NCBI RefSeq assembly: GCF_037042905.1
Contig: NC_087252.1
Location: 25,112,001-25,176,000 of the forward strand
Length of the DNA stretch: 64,000 nt
DNA from: Lytechinus pictus
Taxonomy: Eukaryota
Direction of reading: 5' to 3'
Below are positions 29,201 through 44,100 of the stretch, one piece after another. The translations under genes were made by a program, and so were the position numbers. Position 1 is the first letter of the stretch. The number at the start of each line of letters is the position of its first letter. A model generated the notes under the pieces. That model was not told the DNA's origin and made no database searches. It worked only from the letters and a program-made list of their open reading frames with translations.

Positions 29201-32200
29201 CCCCCCCTTTTGGAAAATCCTGGATCCGCCCCCTGGTTTCATTCATCTTCATTGTATCTATGTAAGAGACCCCTAGTTATGAAGCAATATCTTAGGTGAA
29301 TAGCTGTTTACTAGTATTCTCATCTCATCCAACCAATGAAAATACTTTCTGCCAGGGGGTGGGGCAAATAAATGAGGGCATGTCAATTCATTGAATTCAA
29401 ATGTGGTTGCACTACACAATCATCAATGCTTGTTGACAGAGATTTGTTTTAAAACACAAGCAGATTTTAGTATCATGAAAAGATATCATTACTTATTTGC
29501 ACATTTTCAAGCACCAATGTAGCCCATTCAATTATTTGAGAAAATTGGGAGAAGCGTTTTTTTTTACAGACTGTTTATTGAAAGATAACCCTTATTTCAT
29601 GATGAATGTATCAACAGGTTTTTCAAGTTAAATTTCCGAACAACGATTCTGCTTACCAATGACAACTACACATTAATTTTCCATGACTACAGCAATTTAT
29701 CTTTTGAGCATGAATAATCGTTGATAAAATGAATATTTTGATAGTGTCCAAGTCCAACGGCAGCAGGACTTGTAAGATCTAACTAAAAACCACATTGGCA
29801 GACAATTCCTATGAATAGATTATAAAATGAAAAAATATCCATCCATCATAAATTCGTAATGACACGGATGTGACTTACATGAAAATTTATGGGTTCTGAA
29901 CTGGGCAAAAACAAATATGTACATGTATGTATGTACATACATGTATAGATATAATTATATATATATATATTGTGAAAGAAATGAATGAAGAGAACAATGG
30001 TAGGCGTAGCTTAAATCAGAGTTCCTCAGAGCTATCTGCCCTTTGGAAAAATTGGTGATGCCGAAAAAATGTCTCTGCCAGGAATCGAACCCGGGCCCCC
30101 AGCTTTGAAGGCCGGTGCCTTAACCACTAGACCACAGAGACGGGTAAGTGGCAAGGGCAACCCCGATCTGATTGACCATCAGATAAACAGATTTTTGACA
30201 CCACCAATTAAATTTCCTTAGTTGGCTGTAGGTGAGTTTTGAACAATGACAAGCTGCCATGCCTCAGCTGGATCAAGCTATTCCTTAGATACAGTACATG
30301 TACGGGACCAATAGGAATTGTTCTCTTCATTCATTTCTTTCACAACATATTTAAATACAAGAGTTGCCAATTAAGCTGTTGTAAATGTATAATTTCTCAC
30401 ATCATACAATACAGTCCATACTGACCTGCTTTTTCTATAGGGATCATACTGATATTATAACCAGTGGATTGCCCATAGGGACCGCCATGGAAGACAATAT
30501 AGAACTGATTGGTGGGTGTGTAGAAGTTCACAGGATTCTTGTCATGATGGTTGTACACGGCAAAAGCTTGGTCATGATCATGGTAATCACTGCCGTGACC
30601 GAACGCGAGGAAACCTTTCCAATCGATGGAGAAATCGTTGAATATCACACGGACAACGTAGTTATCAGGAGCCGTGATGATATAGACCAGGTAGTCTTTC
30701 GGTGGGTAAGGGTTTGGGTAGTTGGTCGATGAGATGGTGTAAAGCTGTTCCACTTGAAGGTTCTCTTGCACTGCGAAGATAACGGTAAGGATGATTATGT
30801 AATTGTATTTACAATTGTAAAGATGTTGATGATGATGGTAATGTTGTTACTGGTAGTTATATTGACTTTGGTGGTGAAGGTACTGATGATGATAAAAGGA
30901 CCAAGTCACGTCAGAATTTTTTTGTTTCGGAATATGCCGGAGTTCTACCGATCGGAATCCGGTATCCCGATAAATTATTTCACGAACGGGAAGGTACAAA
31001 AAAAGTCACTGATTATACAATATTGATTTCATTTTTAAACAAATATTCATAAAAAACAAGAAAATATGAAGAGAAGACAGGAAAAGAACTTGCTGATGTT
31101 TACGTGGCTATCTTGTTCTCTTTGTTAGAAGCTAAGTTAAAATGCGTCTCGTACGTAGCTTAGCTACTAACAAAGATAAAAAGATGCCCAGGTAAACATC
31201 GGCAAAGTTTTTTCCCCATCTTCTCATCATATTTTTCTCAGTGGTCACCTGTCATGTATTACTTAATTTTGCCGCTATAAGCTTGATATCTGCAAATAAT
31301 TCAGGGTGAGGGTCACGACCGTCCAAATCAATTCAGGGTTCAAAGGGTTAAAGACTTTTGTAACCTGAAATGTTAAGTTTGTTTTTCTCACCCATGTCCA
31401 GAGCAAATGATGAAGATAAATTTCAGAATTCATCTTATGCTCCTTGACAGAGGTTTGAATTTCAACCGGACTATCTTAAGAAATTCAGCAAAAGCAAAGT
31501 ACTCACCTATTGTATCTGGAGTCCCGCATCCTTCTATTTCATCTGACCTATCTTCTGGGGTGCAGTCATAGTAAAAATCACACTGATAAGAACCCGGGAT
31601 GCATCGGCCGCTGCTCAGACATCTAAAGTCACTCTCTTTACAAGTACCTTTATACAGATATTGTCAAAGAAGATCAGAGGTTAGTTTATCAGATAAGAAA
31701 AAAACATTGTCCTGGGGGCCGTTTCATAAAGCTGTTTGTAAGTTAAAGGAGAATGAAACCCTTGAAACCAGCTGAATCCATATCAAAGAGAAAAATCAAA
31801 GAAACATATTGTTGAAAATTTGAGGAAGATTGAATGAATAATAAGAAAGTTATGAGCATTTGAATATTGAGATCACTAATGCCATGTAGATCCCCCCATT
31901 GGCAATGCGACCAAGATCTGTGATGTCACACACGTACAACTCCCTCATTACTTTAGTACTTATTTCACTTATATTCTCACTTTTATAGAGTCTATCACAA
32001 GGTGAGGTGTTCTCTTTATGAGAGGACAAGTACAGAGGTTTCACAACATTATATCATTGATGAATCGTTTGTCATATGATTAGAATGAGCAAAAAGAGAT
32101 GTTTTGGGGTATATTTTCAGTGTCCAAAAGGGGAGAGTTGTTCATCTGTGACATCATAGATCTTGGTCGCATTGCCAATGGGAGGATCTCCATAGCATTA

Positions 32201-35103
32201 GTGATCTCGACATTCAAATGCTCATAACTCTTCTATTGCTAGTCCTATTTTACTCAAACTTTTGTTGATCTTATTTTTTTATTTTTCTGCTTTCACAAAA
32301 GCTAACTTGCTCCAAGAGTTTCATTCTCCTTTAAGTGTGACTTTAGGAACGACTGGTGATCCTTTCTTGTGATAAATAATATTCACCATTAAATGTTCAT
32401 CAGTGATTATATAGCATGTAAGAAAGTATCACCAGTCGTTCTTAAAGTCGCTCCTAACTTATGAACAGTTAAATGAAACACCCATCGGGTACCCACTTCA
32501 TAATACTTGTAATGATAAAAAAATTTGCAATAACGTTTAAAGCTATTGAAATAATCCAAGTTGATTGGCTGATAGTAAATTTGTACTAGAAACTGTGCAT
32601 TCGGTATTATATCAAGTCTGCATGAAACAGATCCCAGGTCATATCGGTCAGGAAAAATAATTATTTTGCTATTTCAATAGCGCTACCCTCCAATACTAAC
32701 ATAAGAGGAGCATTGATGATAGAGGTAGAAATCAAAATTGCAAATTAATAATTATTTTGCTACAATGAATAAAAAAAAAGAAATTTAACTAAAACTCATT
32801 TCCTTTGCACTATTGTGGCTGCTCAGCAACCCCTATGATCTTGGCCATTGCAGTGCAATCTCAAAATCTCAGGATTTGTTTCCAAATCCAGGGACGGCTA
32901 ACAGGCGGGACACAGTAACGTTAGCAATCATCTGAACTGTCCTAACAGTTAAGTTTGGTCACAATTTTGATTTTGAGATTTTAGAAGAAAATGAAATTAC
33001 AAGTCGATCGCTCCTGTTCATAATTAAATTTCTGGGCAGCAAATTTACTTTAGTTCCCGAGATATGTGGGGATTTTCGAGGCAATGTCATTTTTTGACAA
33101 AATGCTCAAATCCCCTTGAAAACATGTACTGTGTAACAAACAAACAACAGCTATGCGCACTTAATTAATATGTAAATGAACGGTCAGCAAGCCATTGTAT
33201 CTGCAATTCACTAACTTTGCATGTGAAAGATCTGATACAGCATTTTGCTGATCGCAAGTATTGAAAATGTGGTCAGCGTTGTACTCCCTTTGTCATTCTT
33301 TTACAGGGGAAATCTTAACCGCTCAAACCAAAATGACAAGTTTGCAGCTCTTTTGAAATAATTTCTTTGATTCTTTTTATTTACAAACATACCACTGTCA
33401 AGCAACTGTCTTGGTCTTTCCAACCATGTATTTGTCTAACACTGAAAATCTTGTAAGACTGGGGACAAAAGTGTGGAAATTATAGTAAACTTTGAAGTTG
33501 AATTTCTTCTGAAACGGGTTTTGCACTGTCATATTATGACTGATGACGATAATGCCCTTAATACTGAAAGTCTAAACGAGAATAGTATTATTATTATAAT
33601 TTACAAACAGAGGAAACTACATGCAAAAGGGGAAACAAATTGCATTGGGGCTCGAGGAGAATTCGCCCCCGAAATGCCCTACAGAAAAAAAAAAAAAAAT
33701 TCAGCCTTTGGCCGGCTGCGATGAAGTTTTCTCAAAATACAAGTTCAACCTCAATACAGAGCCCCTGAAATTCCCATAGGGTCTAATGTAAACTGTAATA
33801 CAATGTAGCAAACTTATGCTGATGAGCTCCAAAAGAAACCCAGAAATTTTTGTATGTTTTCCCTGACATATACATTTTGCATCATCATCTTTACTTACAG
33901 TTAAACTCATCATCGTGGCCAGGACAGCTTGAGTCGTAGTTGCATCTAAGGTACCCCGGGATGCATATATCCGTGTCTTGGCATCTGTATTCGTCTTGGT
34001 GGACACCACATTCTCCTAAAGAAACACGCACAGATTAAAATTGTTGAAAAGCCCTTTTCACAGAAGGATAGCCATCAGTTTTCATGGAGGATTTTACACC
34101 ATACAAATATAAATAAAGAATATAGGATTTGTATAGCGCACGTATCCACCTTGCTAGGTGCTCAAGGAGCTCCTATATTACCCCGGCTAAGCTAGTCTAC
34201 CGATTCTGGTGCGCACAGCTTTTTTGAGGAATTACTTCCCGCCGGTACCCATTTACCTCACCTGGGTCGAGTGGAGCACAGTGTGGATAAATTTCTTGCT
34301 GAAGGAAAACACGCCATGTCTAGGATTCGAACCCACGACCCTCTGTTTGAAAGGCGAGAGTCAGAACCACTAGACCACGATGCATCCGACACATGGTCGA
34401 ACCATGGAAGATCAACGAGTCAAACAGTCAAACTAGATGGCTACAACACTTTTGTAAACTTGGAATATGAGAGGACCTTTATGTCATTTTGTGACTTTGG
34501 ATTCTGAAGCTAATTAATGTGAGGAACTACATGTACAGCCTCTCTGTGGTTGAAGAAATCTCTACTTATTGACATGTGCTTAGAATAGATTACGGAAGTT
34601 AGCTTGTGTCAAAATATTCTTCATTTTCACTGAGTGGAATCTGTGCAGTGCCCTTGTAAAGTTTGCCCAGCTTCTTTTGGAACCCAGTTTTGTTCTAAAG
34701 TAATGAGCAAATCATTTGTTATGAAGACACATCAAGGGCCCCTTATCATAAAGCTAAGCTACTTTGTGGGGCTGTTTTCTACTACTGAAAATATCATCAA
34801 CCTGCTCTCCTAGGGCAAGTGAAAATGACATGCAGGCCAGAATTTCTCAATTATCAAGTGAATTGCCCAATCAGGAAAGTGGTTATTTAAAAAAAGAATA
34901 AATAAAATGACCCAATATTTTTTTGATAAAATATGGTATGATTATCATAACTATCATCAACACTATCACCAGTATCATCATCATTATCATCAACCATTAT
35001 CACTATCACCAGTATCATCATCATCACTCATCATCATCATCAATATCATCAACCATTATCAATATCAACAGTATCATCATCATCATCATCAACCATTATC
35101 ACT

Positions 35104-35134
<31 letters not shown>

Positions 35135-38100
35135 ACCACCATTATCATCACCACCATCATCAATCATCGTCATCATCATCATCATGATCAGCATCATCAT
35201 CATCACCACCACCACTATCATCACCACCATCATCATCATCACCACCATCATCATCATCACCACCACCATCATCATCATCATCACAATCATGACTTCCCGG
35301 TGGGCCTATTTACTACCGTCATCACCTTCGAGCTCGAAAACGGCAAATACTGACCTGGAGCAGGATATGTGCAGTCCATTTCGTCGTCTCCACCCAAGCA
35401 ATCAAAATACCCGTCACACTGCCACCAGAGGGGAATGCACTCAGAATCATCGACGCATTGATAAGCTGTGTCCGGACACGCAGGATGAACATGACCTGAG
35501 CAAACAGTTGACAATTTCAGATGATTATGACATCACACACACATACTGATTTAACAACCCCTGCTAAAGAATCCCACCTGTCTATATACAATGACTGCAG
35601 GTTAGATGATGATATGCTAATTCAGAACCTAACTCTGAAAGGACTGGGCTTTTTGAGATGTATTGAGGACTGGGGGGGGGGGCATGATCTCCACCGCCCT
35701 TCACACGATCATAAACTACAAACTAGTATAAAAAACTCTGAAAATAATTATTTTTATTCATTATGAATAAAATATGCAAATTTGTCCATGAAAAACATTA
35801 TTTGCATATTTAAGACCCATGCAATTTCACTTCAAATTTTCTTCTTTTATGCAGGTCATCTTTGTAATCTAATTTAAAGGTTTCCACAAAGAATACTTGC
35901 GAAAGCCAATTTTTTTCCTTATGTATTTCTTTGTTTTTAGAATTTCTTATGTTTTTTTTTCATCTTTTGTTTTTCATTGCTTTTTTCAACGGAAATTATT
36001 ACAGACCATTTAATGATTAAATTTAACCCTAAATTAACTAAGCAGACCAATTAGAATGAAAAATTATCACCCTTTTATGAATTTCATCTCCCATAGACTT
36101 TGTACACAAAGTACAAAAATGAGTCATTTTCGGCATGAAGTAGTCTCGTAAAAGTCATGTGACGACGCGATGCTATACCCGTATGTCGCGAATTGGGTCT
36201 CAAAAGTTGCGCGAGACTTCAAAGAAAAAAGTCATAAAATTTTGCGGCACTATCTTTTTGCCTTTCGGAAATATCATGCAGAGCGTTGTGGGTGTGGGGC
36301 CATCATGGCCCCCCCCCCAGACTTTTAGGGTTAATACATAAATACTGCCATAGTTTTGATACCAAGACGCATTGCAGGTACTTTCCTCTAAAAAAACTAT
36401 CTATTTTCTTGATACAAATAAACTAATGGGGTAATCTATTCACTATTTTATCTAATTAGCCTCTAAAAGGGATACTTTAAGTATGAGTATGAGAACTTTG
36501 AGAAACCACACATAATGTTGGTCAGGTCGTGCTACCTTCAATTAATCCCTTGCCAAATGGAACCAGGATATACCTGTACAAAGTCTATGGGAATGACATA
36601 ATTCAGTGGGTTAATACATACCAGCATGCACTGCCTTCATAGACAGAAAGAAGCCCCGGGTTCCGACGTAAGCTCCACTGTAATACTGCACCGAGATTGT
36701 GTTATCGTGGGAGAGAAGGATTTCGGGATTGAAAGCGTGAAAATAGTGGGCCCATTCGTTGGAGTGGTTACCCACCATATGACCATCGGAGAAGACAATG
36801 AAGGACTGAACGCCAAGGTCATAATCAAGGAAGTCAAAGTGGATCAGAGCGCCCTTGGGGGCGGCGATATGCCAGAGTTGGTAGATGGCCGGGTCGGCCG
36901 ACTGCGGCCAGTTCTGGGAAGTGACGTTGACTTTCTCACCCATCGCCAATGTGATGTTGGCTGTAATAGTGATTAAAATAATAAGAATAAATAATAAATC
37001 ATCAGAATTTCTCGATTTCAACAAGACCTAAAGGAATAAAAACAAACATAACCTGGATAGTTCAGTTTTTTGTGATATTTCACATCAATTAAAATCATCT
37101 TCCTACTTCTTTTAAAAAGATAATTTCTCATGTGAAATGCTCATTACAAGATTAGTAATTAGCAATTGTTACGCTAGTCATTTATAGTAATTGCTGACAA
37201 AGAGTACATTAATGAATCTCACATACAGGTACTCTCTAATGTTAAGTTGTAGATCAGACCTAGATATATCTTACAAATTCTTACAGCTCAAAAATGCAAT
37301 TAAACAAGCAATTTAAAGCAGGATAATAAACTTGGAGAATAAAAGGGGGATGACAACACAGAATCTTGTATTCTTTGTGATAACGCATAATTCACAAAAT
37401 TATTCTTTGCAATTTTTTTTTAAATATTCTTTTTTTTTACCATTTCATCCCCATCTAAAAGTCAAATCTTACTTGGTTCAGTATCAAAATGACACAGCAT
37501 CTCGTCGTCACCTCCAAAGCAGTCATAGTAGTAATCACAGAGGAAATAGAGAGGGATACACTTGCCATCGTAAGCACATTGGTAGTGGTCCAACTCGTTG
37601 CAAAATCCTGACAGAGATAGAGGGAGGAATAAGATTGAAAACAATATATGTATATATTGATGGGTCTATTACCGTATCGCCATGATTTCATTTTTATACT
37701 AGATGGATACAGATGCTGAAGAGGGAACCTAATCATGGGGAGAAGGGGGGGGGGGGGGTGGTGGGCGTGGGTTAGATTAAAAAAAATATGGCCCCTTGAC
37801 TTTCGGCACGAGTGTCAACGATCACACATAAAGTAAGCTGAAAAAAGCTGAAACGTGTTGATAAATGCTAAAATTGAAAGAGCTCCCAGAACTATTGTAC
37901 AGATGGAAAAGCTGATGGAAAAGCTGAAATCAAGCTGAAAATCAAAAGCAAAAATGGGTGAAAGCAGTGAAAAATGTGAACTCTCACACTTTTAGTCATG
38001 CAATTTTGAAAGGGAAAGGTAATATCCGATTTCATAATTTTGCATTTTTGTGGTGACTGAACATTTTGTTGGCAATTATCCAAACTGTTGTATTGGTGAT

Positions 38101-41100
38101 ACAACAGTGCAGGAATTTATTACAGAAAAAATAATGTTTTCATTTTATTGTCAATGCTTGAAAAAAAAAAAAAAAAAAATATGTTCGTCGAAAACTACAT
38201 GACAGGAATGAGTATGAACAGCTTCCAAATTTCATATATTTATCCTCAATCTAAAGTCAAGAATTTGAGGAGAAATCAAAAGAGAGCTGCATGCTTATTT
38301 ATTTAGGTTGAAGCATTCTTCTTAATATCCTCTTTTCGAAAAGACAACAGGATACAATATCTCTGGCCACACATTCAATAAATTACTTGTATCTCATATT
38401 TGCAGACCTGCCAACCTTATAAAACCAAAAAAAGTATTCTAATAATGGGAAAAAAGTATTTTTGACAAAAAAGAGTATTTTTAAAAATTTGTCTCAACGT
38501 TACAATCGCCAACCTGTTGTAGTGAGATCGGTGAGGAAACATGTGAAATGACTCTACTTGAAAACTTGATAATTCACCCTTTTAAACATGTGCTCGCAGG
38601 CAAGAATTTACTTGTTCTTTTCATGCAACAAGTGACTGGCCCAACAGTGTTTTTTACCAGTCTGGGATTGTCCGACCGGCGCTAGTGTCACGCGCTGTGT
38701 ATAATACATACTCCTTGATCAGAAAAAAAAAGAAGTAACGAATCATACAAAAAAGTATTGGTGTATTTATAGCAAAAAAGAGGAACAAATACTCTAAAAA
38801 GGGAACGGTTGGCATGTCTGTATTTGCGTGCAAAATTAATACAAGCAGATGGGACATGTACATGTAAGAAGAGAGGGGAGAGAAAATGAAAGAAAAAAAA
38901 AAGTACAGATGAACAGAGAGAAAGTAACTCTATTTTATTTTATTTAAGAGCTTTTAGCTTTTCTCATGAATGGTTTGAAAATATTGCTCCAACCTACATG
39001 CACTTAACAGAATACCATACTGCCATCCTTCCATTGCTGTCATATCAAGCACAAAACATTAGTCTTTTCAACTACATTGTATGTGTGAAGTGATTTAAAA
39101 GGACCAAGTATTAATATCATTATCATCATTATTACTACTATTATTGCTATTATTATTTCATCAATATTTTACATTATCATAACTATTATCATTATTATTA
39201 TAACTTGCCACATTCTTCCGGTGACTCGTCTGAACCATCCGAGCATTGGTAAAAGTAATCACATCTCAAATTATCAGGGATACAAAGACCATCGTTGCAT
39301 CTGAATTGTTGATCACTGCACTCTCCTAGAAAAAATATATCAGAAATTATAATATGCCGATTTTATAAAACGTAGTTACTTTATGGATTTACTCTAGTGC
39401 GCCCGATCATATTATTATCCCAGCTGCACCTTAAAGGTCAAGTCACCCCCAGGAAAATGCTGACTTGAATAAATAGAGAAAAATCAAACTAGCATAGTGC
39501 CGAAAATTTCATCAAAATCGGATGTAAAATAAGAAAGTTATGACATTTTTAAAGTTTCGCTTAATTTCACAAAACAGTGATATGCACAACTAGGTGAGTC
39601 AGTCGTTGATGCCCTCACTCACTATTTCTTTTGTTTTTTATTATTTGAATTATACAATATTTCTTTTTTTTATAGGTAGGAAGTAATTCCTTAAAAAGCT
39701 GTGTGCGCTATGAACACCTAGCTTAGCCGGGTAATATAGGAGCGCCTGAGCACCTAACAAGGTGGATATGTGCGCAATATAAATACCCTATATTATTATT
39801 ATTATTATTATTATTATAGATTTTACAATAAGGACCAACTTGACTGCATCAATATATAGTATAAAACAATGCTAATTCCACATGTTCAGGGAGGAATTAA
39901 TCATTGTATCACTTGACAATGATGAGAAAATTCGAATATTTCATATTTCAAATAATAAAATACAAAAGAAATAGTGAGTGGATGACATCATAGTTTCCTC
40001 ATTTGCATACCAGCCAGGATGTGCATATAACTGTTTTGTGAAATTAAGCCAAACTTTAAAATGTCATAACTTTCTTATTTTACATCCGATTTTGATGGAA
40101 TTTTCAGTGTTATGCTTGTTGGATTTTTCTCTTTTTATTCAAATCAACTTTGTGTTGGAATGGACTTGTCCTTTAAGAAAAAATATTTATCTATAAGCAT
40201 TATTATAAAAAAAAACTTAACTTATCATACAGACTAGTTGGTAGTAGACCATGTGGATATTAGGCAAAATGGGTAAAGTCTCTTTGGAAATGAGACAAAA
40301 TGGACTCATTGGTAATCAAACCTAATGCTTAGCAGACAAACTGGTTGTAGTCGTAGGTTTGTATCCCACCGCTGCCACCACGACATTAAGTAACATAGGA
40401 GATGGGGAAACCCGTTACAGAAATAACACTTTTATTACACTATTTTTGGGCAAAACCTCATTTATAGTGCGCGACCATCGTAAAAGGGGCGATTAAGACA
40501 TCTACCCTCGCCGAGGGCGAAATTTCACAAAACAAATCAGATATAATAACTGGTGAAGATCATGTGGGATGACACCATACTGCAAGAAGAAAAAGCAAAA
40601 TCGACCAAACCAGGGCCCTGTCCACGGATGATTATTCTACTGGGGGTGCTGAGCATTGTCACAGCACCCCAAGTAACAATAGATAATCCTCCGTGGCCTG
40701 GGGATGTTTCATTTAGATTTAAGTATGATTTAGGTCGCACTCAAATGCCGACGCGTGCATGATATGCAACACACGCAATCTAATTGGATCAATACGCAGT
40801 AGTGTGCGTCCTCTCGGCATGATCTGGCCAATACTGCCATGCCTTTTATACCACGTGCACCTAGACATTTAAGTGCGACTCTAAGTCATATTTAAATCTT
40901 TTTAAAACACCCCCCAGGTCCATGGACCAAACCAGTGGCGTAACGAGAAGGGGCCAAACATGGCGTATCGTGCAAGATTTTTTGTAAAGTAGACCTTTTC
41001 AATACAAATATATCAGTTTACCAAAGATTTTAATAAATATTCACAAAAATAATACCTTATGTCACCCCTTCCCTTCTTCCTTTTTTTCTTGTTCCTGAAT

Positions 41101-44100
41101 TTTTTTTAGGTCAATGCCCCTAACCAACATCAGTACGCAAGGGGACCACGTAACAGAAGGCTTAGCAATGATTGTAGACACATTTTTCTATGATTGATTC
41201 CATTGACTACAATGTACAAGTAATCATGAAAATCAAGCGTATGATTAATCGCTATGCTTTGTGTTACGGTACCCAGCCTTACCTTCAACTTGGCAGCCTA
41301 TTTCATCTTCTCCTTCTGAGCACTGCTCTAGGCCGTTACACTGGGAATGCTCAGGAAGGCATTCACCGTTCTTACATTCAAACTGGTACTCTCTGCAGTT
41401 TGAAGCTGCACATAAGAAACAGGTATTGAAAGACGTACAGAGAGAGAGAGAGAGAGAATTAGATAGATAGAAAATAAGAGAAATGGAAAGACAAAAAATA
41501 GAGAGATGGTGACATAGAAGGAGATACAGATCGACGAGACAGAGAAGGAGATAAAAGTTAACCCTAATTCTCCCGGGGGGGGGGGCCATAATGGCCCCCC
41601 CCCCTCGACAATTTTCGCGATATATCTGCTGCGCAAAATTTTTTGACCTCGCCGCTCACTGACTTCTTCATTTCAAGTCTCGCGCAAATTTTGAGACCAA
41701 ATTTGTGATGCCCAGGTACGCGGTTACGACATTACGCAACATTATGTAAGTGCATGTCAGACAATTGCTCATAAACGTGATTTCATGTACAAATCCAATG
41801 CAGATTGTGTATTAGCCAAAATTCATAAATGTATCTTTATTTCTACTTTTACTGATAAAACTTAATTAATTTTGCCTTGTTTATGATCAGAATTAAGTCT
41901 GGAACGATATCCATTGAAAAAACAATAAAAAAACAAAAAGTAAAAAAACAAAGAAATAAAAAAACCAATAAGATACATAAGAAATCGGACTTGGTACCAG
42001 AATTTTTTTCATTCACAATTGTTAGGAATGCTATAAAGAATATTTTCACCAAAAAATAGCATTCTAGGAGCTTTATTTAGTGAATCAGAGCAAAGAGTAT
42101 GATTTCATGAATAAATTAGCATAATTCATAAAAATAAAAATATATGAATTCAGTGAAATTTACCAATACAACTGCGTAGATTACGTCATTCTCTACCATC
42201 ATGCAAATTTTCGTTGTGATCACGCAATCCGCGGCTGAGATCTCAAGGGGGGCCATAATGGCCCCCCCCCCCCCCCCCGGAATGACAAGAATAAAAATAC
42301 CCCGGGAGATTTAGGGTTAAGGGTTAAGCTAACATCACAGTAATCTTATGTTCTGGTAGTAATCAGTAATAACCAGTTATCAGTGTGATTTAAACCTTAG
42401 AATATCTTTACAGGGTCATTATAGAAATATACTTTTGCAATTCAAAAGTCCATGTCTCGATCATTCTTAGGGACTAAATTCATCAACTGTACCCAAAATC
42501 CTTTGATATAAATATTCATAAAAAATTGGTAGGTGGGATGAAACTAAAGAAATAAAGGATAAATCAACTTACAACATCCATGTTCATCTTCTCCGTTGGA
42601 AGGACAGTCCCGATGACCATCACATCGATAGCTTAGTGGAATACAGTACAGTCCATCGTGACATGCCCATTGGCTTGAATCACAGACCACTTGGGGAGGA
42701 ATGACTACGGGATTGAAAGAGAGAAAAAGAAAATGGGTGCGATAAATACACTATTTTAACACTAGAGCAACTCCACTTAATCTTTGCCCGCTTTATTCGA
42801 CTAGGGTCACCTACATCAGACTGCCAACTTTGACTCCAGTCACATTCTATTCACAGTATACACAGAGTGCATTAGGTTAGTTGTTCATACACACACGCAC
42901 AATAGAGTTGTCTGCATTGCATCGTACTGTATACACACACCCAAAGATTTTCTTTACAATAAACCAATCACAAGCTTATGTGAGCTGGTTTAGCAGAGTC
43001 CATGCAGGATCCCTCTTAAAGTTGCACCTTGAAATTAATGTGGCACAGGAGTGATTCTGTCTGTACGTGGCAAGCAAAGAGTTAAGTAGGAACATCTACC
43101 CCCACCCTTAAAGGGGAATGAAACCCTAGGAACAAGTGGGCTTGTGTGGAAAGAGAAAAATCAAAGAATAAGATCAAAGAAATTTTGACAAAAATCAGAC
43201 AAATAATGAGAAAGTTATGAGCATTTGAATAATGCGATCATTATGCTATGGAGATCCTCTCATTGGCAATTCGACAGATATGTGTGATGTCATATGTGAA
43301 CAACTTTCCCTTTGATGGACTATAAAATAACCCCAAAATGTCTCTTTTTGCTCTTTCTTATGGTGATACAAACTCTTTATCCATAATATCTTCTTCGAAA
43401 ATCTGTATACAAGCCCTCCTATAGAAAGAATTAATGATCTCCTGATAGATGTGATAAAAGAGGCATTTCAAGTGAAATATATATAAAAGCAATAAGAAAG
43501 TTGTTCACATGTGATATCACACATCTTTGTCGCATTGCCAATAGGAGGATCTACATTACAATAATGATCTAAACTCTAAATGCTCATAACTCTCTTACAG
43601 TAATATTCATTCAATTTTTCTCAAACTTTCCTTGATCTGTTTCTTTGATTTTTCTGTTTTCACACAAGCTTTCTTGTTCCAAAGGTTTCATTTTCGAGAC
43701 CTTCTTGGGATGATTGTTTTTGTCCTATTTTCCGGTTCATATGAAAATTTGTAATGATTTCAAAAAAAGGAATGTAAAGTGTAGCACGAATGGAGAAGAA
43801 AGGGGGCCATGATTTTAATAAAGAACTTATTTTAAGAATAAGCCCACTTTAGACAATTAATGAAAAAGAAGATTTATCTATTGCTTTCTTTAGCTAACGC
43901 AGCAATAAACAGCCCAAAACGCACAGGATGTGAGCCAGGCTTTAATTGGAACTCCCCATAACTCAACTTTTCAAAAGTATGTGCCACATCTTTTAGCAAT
44001 AATCCCAATATAAAAGTACTATAACTCGTATTCTGAAGTCAGGTTTATATAACTTAGGGCACGGTCTAACTCTGTGCTAAATTATGGGGAGCCAAAATAA

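Noticed and set aside
30070..30141. Calling the UCA tRNA tRNA-Sec
   Set aside because: It lacks the long variable arm and extended acceptor/D stems of tRNA-Sec.
34907..35549. Poly-His and poly-Ile ORFs
   Set aside because: (CAT)n microsatellite.
1955..36976. + strand ORFs antisense to CUB exons (e.g. 1955, 9623, 17617, 30385, 36626)
   Set aside because: Shadow ORFs of GC-richer coding exons.
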